From Magallana gigas (taxonomy: Eukaryota): a stretch of 64,000 nt of DNA. The notes below the pieces were generated by a model. It had not been told where the DNA came from and made no database searches. It saw nothing but the letters and a program-made list of their open reading frames with translations. The DNA is taken from NCBI RefSeq assembly GCF_963853765.1, contig NC_088853.1, forward strand, positions 3,224,001 to 3,288,000, given 5' to 3'. Made by a program: the position numbers and the translations under genes. Below are positions 58,615 to 64,000 of this stretch, piece after piece (position 1 is the stretch's first letter; each line of letters begins with the position of its first letter).

Positions 58615-61600
58615 ATATTGTAAATTAGTAATGTATGCCCCTTGTGATGGGTCACACGGTGCTTAGTAACAGATTGTGCCAAACAATATTTAATAAAATA
58701 CAGGTCGTTGAACATTGAAACGAGATAACTATAGGCAGGGACGTTAATACTAACGGCAACTTCCACAATTGCCATATTTACTTCCCATTCTATCACGCGA
58801 GCCTTGCATGAGAAGTTTTTAAATCTCAATTGCATGAAGTAAAATATATCGTTTTTTAAGTGATCCAATTAGACCATTGATAGGGAGGTACTGGATATAA
58901 ACACTTGTGCCTCAACTTGTTAAAAGTACCGATTGTTTTTCCAAAGATCATACCCGTTTCTTCTGGAGTTTATTTACAAGTGCCTAATTTAAACGCTGCG
59001 ATTGAATCAGCAACTCGACGCTGCAGTCAATCATAAAAAGAAACTTGTCACCGAGGTTTTGTAATGAAATCTATCAAGGGTTTATGGAGAGCAAAGAGGA
59101 CCGAAAACCATTGGCAAGCGAAAGATGAGCTTTTGTTGGAAACGAGGATTGAGTGACCACTCTAAATAAGCTGTCCAGAAGTTGTTTGGGGAGCAGGCAG
59201 GGGAAAGTGATGGAGTAGTCGGGTTCAGGCCGAACTTAACTCCAGCGTTCAAATGCCAGAAACAAACGTCTGGTCTTTGGTCAAGTTCTGATATATGTCC
59301 AACTTAAACTCATGCTTCTCCCTTTGCATGCATTCATCATAATTCAAAATGCTGCTCTTGTGTGGTTTCTACCCAGAACAGGTATTTCAAGTCAGCAATT
59401 GTGACGTAATCACGTAACATGTAAAAGTCCAACTAACGTAGTATAAGGCTGGAAGTTTTGAATGTTCATTCACACGTTTTCATTTAACAATCTTGTGAAA
59501 TAATCACTGCTTGCAATGAGGTTATCAACATGTTCTTTGACATGAGTACTAAAAAAGTAAAGAAGTAAAAAAGTTGAAAAAAATTCCTTAAAGTATAAAT
59601 ATTTCAATGCATTCAATATTACAAACATATCTTTGAATGAATTTTTAATCATGTCACCATCTAAACTTTTGAAAACTTTCATCGTCAGCTTAGTTGATTT
59701 CTCAGGACATCTAATATCAGGGGGTTTCCAAGTGCTATGGATGGTCATAGATGTTAGTAATATAGCGGTGCTAAGAAACAAGCCCGTAAAATTTAACTAA
59801 TCACAATGCTGAAATGCTCAACTCACCGTGCCTTACAATTTGAATGTGGATAACACTGGTTATAATCTCACTACAGATCTCCCATTCAACATGAATAATA
59901 GTAGTTCCAAAGAACTTAACACACACTGCTTGAAAAAAAAACAGCTTTACAAATTAAGTAAAGGTATTGTAAATTTAATATTTACATTTACTTTAATTAG
60001 AATTACTGTTTTAAGTCAAAGTTAAGTTTGTTAAGTTTGTTAAGATTGTTAAGTAAAGGTCATATTTTCATCAACTTTACTTGACCTTAAATGTGATGTA
60101 ATGTCCCACATTGAATTAACTTTACTGTAATCAAATTTAAGATTTAAGCAACTTTAATTTGTTCTTAAATTATAGATTTAGTACATTAAATTCAATATTT
60201 AAAAACCTTAAATACCAACTTTAATCGCAGTACAGTCAATCTTTGCACAATGTTAACTAGAAATTTTACAAAATAATATCAATGTAAATATCCTTAAACA
60301 TCATCTTTCATTGCAGTAAATATAATGTATACATATTGTAAATTCCAAACTTAAATATGAAGTTTACTTTTTCTAAGTTTAAATTTATTTGAATCTAATA
60401 AATTCATAACCATGGATTTAAAAAATGAAAAAGAGATGATAAAAAGGGTGCAAAAAATGTTTATTAATGAAAACATTTCCTTTTGATAAATGCTATTTAA
60501 ATAAAAACAAATTACATTTAAATAATTTATATTTATATATATTTAGTGTTGCACAAAGAGTACATGCAATCTTCACAAATCATTTTCAAAAAGGTTTACA
60601 GCTTTCAATTTACACAAATATCCAAGAGAACTCTTCCTCTATGTCCGGCCTTTGCTGCTCCTTAATGGAACCCCTGGTTCTTTTCTTGAGGAGCCTCCTG
60701 CTTCTAGACAGACAGACTTCCAAATATTTTTTGTCCAAACTTTCTTTCACTGTCCTCCAAGTATTAATCTCCTATGAATATGGGTGTGATATGAAGCCCT
60801 CGTCAGCCTCTTCATCACTGGACATTAGGTTATGTGCTGACTTAGACTTCAATAGCCTCGTTACCATTTTCTTATAAATATTCTTTAAAACAGAAGCACT
60901 ACTCTAAGTTCCTATATGTAGATTAAAAGAAGTCTGAATAGCAATTGAATAAACTCATTTTTCCTAACCTTTGTATTTGTGCATTAAAACCAGAAAATGT
61001 TGTTATTTTTAATTTCTACTGTACTGCTATAGCTGTCCGATGCTTGGTAAATATTGTCCGATCCATGGTGAAATAGTTCAACACCTCAATAATTTGCTTT
61101 ATTTTCTACATTTTTAACAATTTTACAAATTTTTCTCCAATATTTAAGCAAGGGGAAAACCTGTAACTTTTAAAACAAGTTTTATTTATATTTGGATGAT
61201 ATTTTATTCGCGAACAAAGGGAAAAATCCAAAGGTGTCCGATGCATGGTGAAATCACCCTATAGTTTATGTATACACAGTAGATATTTACCCCCAGGCTA
61301 CTCTATATAGCTACATTAACCATACACAGAAAAAATATCTTTGTGAAACGGATTGGGGCTAATGTACTTATAAAATATACATTGTTCTTTTAATATTTAA
61401 AGGAAGGTATTCACACGTTTTCTTACAAAATTGCGTGAAATACATGACATGTACAAGGCAAATTGAATCACAGAATTACAGAAACTGTAACTACCGGAAA
61501 TATATTTTTAAAAAAAGAACGACTTGTGAGATGACCCCTCCCCTTCTTTTTATCATTTACTACATAAACACATTCCATAGTAAAGATACAACGATTTGAT

Positions 61601-61839
61601 TGGCTGATTAAATCACGTGTTCTAATTTTTCTCACGATAATTTTAAAGTCTACGAATCGTTCCCTATAAGCCCCCTCCTTTTAAAAATCACTCAAAATTA
61701 CCAGACCAGTCCATATTAAGACAATTAACGACTTACAGGTCATAAATGAGAAATTAAAGGGTCAAAACATTTTAATTTGAACCACCCCCCCCCCTTACCC
61801 ATATTCCGCAATGTATAGATATGTACATAATTTACCTAC

Positions 61840-62134
61840 CGAATTCATGATCATGGCATTGAGTTCCATGTTTGCTCCGCACTACTGGAAACGGCGCCTT
61901 TCCGTTGACGACAATGGTTACATCGCACTTTGCAACCCGAATTTCGCGTATCTGGACATTGACATCGACGGCAACACAGTTGCTTTGTACGTAGAGAGCG
62001 CAATTGACCAAACCATGACTGGACGGACATCTCGGACATCTAGTTTCAACACATGTGTAGAACTCAATAATGACAATGAATATTATGCATATCAGCCTAG
62101 CTGCTGCATGTGATGTTCGCTTCCCTCCTTCCAT
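61840..62134 (-). CDS. First exon (98 codons + 1 nt) of a secreted/membrane protein homologous to the Maverick glycoprotein exon 1; downstream exons not found
   Basis: Hydrophobic leader LICIIFIVII; CVAVDVNVQIREIRVAKCDVTIVVNG vs CREIEVRSDEVRDVYVTACHLQKVTIIG; phase-1 donor GTAGGT as in the Maverick gene. Confidence 0.6.
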
Positions 62135-63109
62135 CTTAACATCAACGGCGCGAATTCTGCACGGACTTTTCAACGTCATCATCATCATGTGACCTTTAGG
62201 CCACCCTGATTTCGCGCGATTTGTCTAATAACGCCCTTATAAGCATTTTAACTGATTACAAATCAAAATAAGGGAAACAGATACTGAAGGAACTAAAAAC
62301 AATGGTTCTCGTATGTAGGGATAATTATATTTATTTAGTGTTGAAAGAGTTTCAAAGCATTTGTGTGTTAAACAATCTCACACATTTACATGCGAGACAG
62401 TGACTATAATTTTTTTAATTACTGAGGCCCTGTGAATTATACAATTACTATATTATAAGCCTTAATTTGTTATTTTCCTTTACAAGTATGCGTTTACATA
62501 CACGAATAAGTCAGGTTTCTTGCATGTGTAGGTTTCTTGCATTTATCAAAGGTAAATTTTAAATATCGACTAAATGCGCTACAGTGTTGAAAGCTTTCTT
62601 GTAGGTTTATCAGTAAAATAGAAAAAAAATATTTGTTCACAACAAACTATTTGGAAGTAATTTCATTGTCACTTAATATCGGTGGGTATAAATAATTTAC
62701 AGCGGATTTTTTATTTTTTTTTGGGGGGGGGGTTAAATATCACCCTTTAATGTAGTGTACATGTACATTCTCTCACTTCATAAAACAAAAATCAAATAAA
62801 TTTTTAAGTAATGATAATTATCCTACATGCAGTTGATTTCTTTTTTTTTTCAAATTAAAGCAATATTAATGGTTATTTAAACTTTACTGTAAAAAAAAAA
62901 GACTAAATATGATAAACATTCTCTTAAATAGTTGAATAAAGATGCTACATTGGATTGAAACGAGGTAACTTAAATTGCTTTTTTTTTTAAACTTACAATA
63001 CCCGTGTTTACAGGTGTAGAAAAAATACAGCAACTATGAATTAATTAACACAATATCACTTAATCAGAGACCCTAGGGTAATGCGCAGATCACTCCTGTC
63101 CCGTGTGTC

Positions 63110-63141
63110 GCGCAGATATGTCACGACACAGCGGTGTTTTT
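63110..63141 (+). promoter_or_regulatory. Conserved 32-nt upstream motif shared with 32657-32688
   Basis: GCGCAGATATGTCACGACACAGCGGTGTTTTT vs GCGCAGGTATGTCGTGACAGAGCGGTGTTTTT, 28/32 identical. Confidence 0.65.
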
Positions 63142-63378
63142 AAAAAGGGAATATAATTCAGTTAATGGGGTAGAGCATCTACGTCATTATCGTGATGTAC
63201 TTTTTCTTTGACCCGTCAAATCCTTTAACTCGTACCCACGAAGAAAGCGCTGATTGGGGTGGTAAACATTCCCAACCCGCTTAATTTTTTTGTTTTATTT
63301 CCTCATTCCCTCACCGAATTTTTCATTCAAGACATATAAATACAACGGAGTTTTGCTTAACGTTATTATCTTGAGAAA

Positions 63379-64000
63379 ATGGCTGAAGAATATCTACAGT
63401 TTCTGTAAGTAATTTTTTTAGATAATCGTTTCAAAATTAAATAAAGCTAGTGAAATAATAACTTATCAAATTTTAAGAGAACAAATTTTGGTATAGTAAC
63501 TTTTAAAGGAATCTGTTCATAATTTTTCTCTCACTTCATAACACAAAAATCAAATAAATTTTTAAGTAATGTTCATTTTCCCTTATCCTACAGTTGTTTT
63601 TTTTTTTTCAAATTAAAGCAATATTAATGGTTATTTAAACTTTACTGAAAAAGGTCTAAATTTGATATATCTATAAGTTTTTTTAATATAATAAACTTGT
63701 CATCAAATCATTTATGGGTTGCACACAAACTTTCTATATTGACAGCGAAGCGACTAGCTCACCAAAATCGTTTGACGAGTTCGAACAAATTTGGATGAAA
63801 ATGGGGGATGAGTTAGAAATGGAGGGCCTGGCAAAGTGGTGAGTTGAACAGATTTTGATAGAGTTATCTTTCTTTGGCTTGATTTTAATATGTCTACTTT
63901 CATACAAATATTAATGTGTTAAGTGGAATCAGAAAGTGTGTTATATTTTTTAAAGGCCTTCCACTCCTACACCAGAAAGTAAGAAAAATCAGAAAGCAGA
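63379..64000 (+). CDS. Third homologue of the 147-aa spliced gene; exons 63379-63404, 63746-63838, 63956- (runs off the window)
   Basis: CATATAAATA box, 26-nt first exon + GTAAGT, phase-2 introns; MAEEYLQFLEATSSPKSFDEFEQIWMKMGDELEMEGLAKWPSTPTPES. Confidence 0.7.

Larger units (their letters stand above)
55400..59420 (-). pseudogene. Possible highly decayed DIRS-like element interrupted by the MITE and the LINE
   Basis: Only faint gag-like (LNYD...PDVCFW) and recombinase-like (LHIGG..G..NAYL) traces in GC-richer DNA. Confidence 0.2.

Noticed and set aside
58615-58868. N-terminal ~85 aa of the 732-aa LINE ORF
   Set aside because: Lies outside the 12-bp TSD; chance read-through from flanking DNA
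59470-60900. ORF 59470-59781 and the minus-strand MSSDEE...WR...LD fragment at 60600-60900 as downstream exons of the 62134 gene
   Set aside because: Neither is mucin/TM-like or frame-compatible; the latter has a stop and looks like a separate transposon-associated relic
61811-62113. 100-aa plus-strand ORF with an ATG
   Set aside because: Shadow of the minus-strand exon, which has homology and a matching splice donor

Overview
AT-rich eukaryotic DNA. It looks like a bivalve, probably oyster-like; this is inferred from the repeat types, not confirmed. No rRNA, tRNA gene or CRISPR array is supportable. The centrepiece is a 21.9-kb Maverick/Polinton (endogenous dsDNA virus, 13567-35427) with AGTAGT...ACTACT ends, ~340-bp TIRs and a GTCGAT TSD. 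It inserted into the gag of a young BEL/Pao LTR retrotransposon (7027-36058, TSD CCCCT), which itself interrupts a Helentron-type (HINE) repeat. The Maverick has the full virion and replication set: integrase, penton, DJR capsid, adenain, packaging ATPase and a pPolB carrying an intron, a frameshift and a stop. Its left arm is an accessory island encoding a GADD34/ICP34.5/DP71L-like PP1-eIF2alpha recruiter, a CARD-PC4-PC4 fusion, a membrane-anchored PC4 and two paralogous microproteins. Its right arm carries a divergent pair of spliced genes: a type I mucin-like membrane protein and a 147-aa protein. Homologues of the 147-aa gene recur twice outside the element (39686 and 63379), and at 61.8-64 kb the whole divergent pair recurs. 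The remainder holds a Gypsy element with a -1 frameshift signal and an LTR flanked by both PPT and PBS, an apparently intact Zator transposon, MULE and DIRS relics, a 5'-truncated L1/Tx1 and MITEs. All calls come from reading the sequence by eye; no searches were run.
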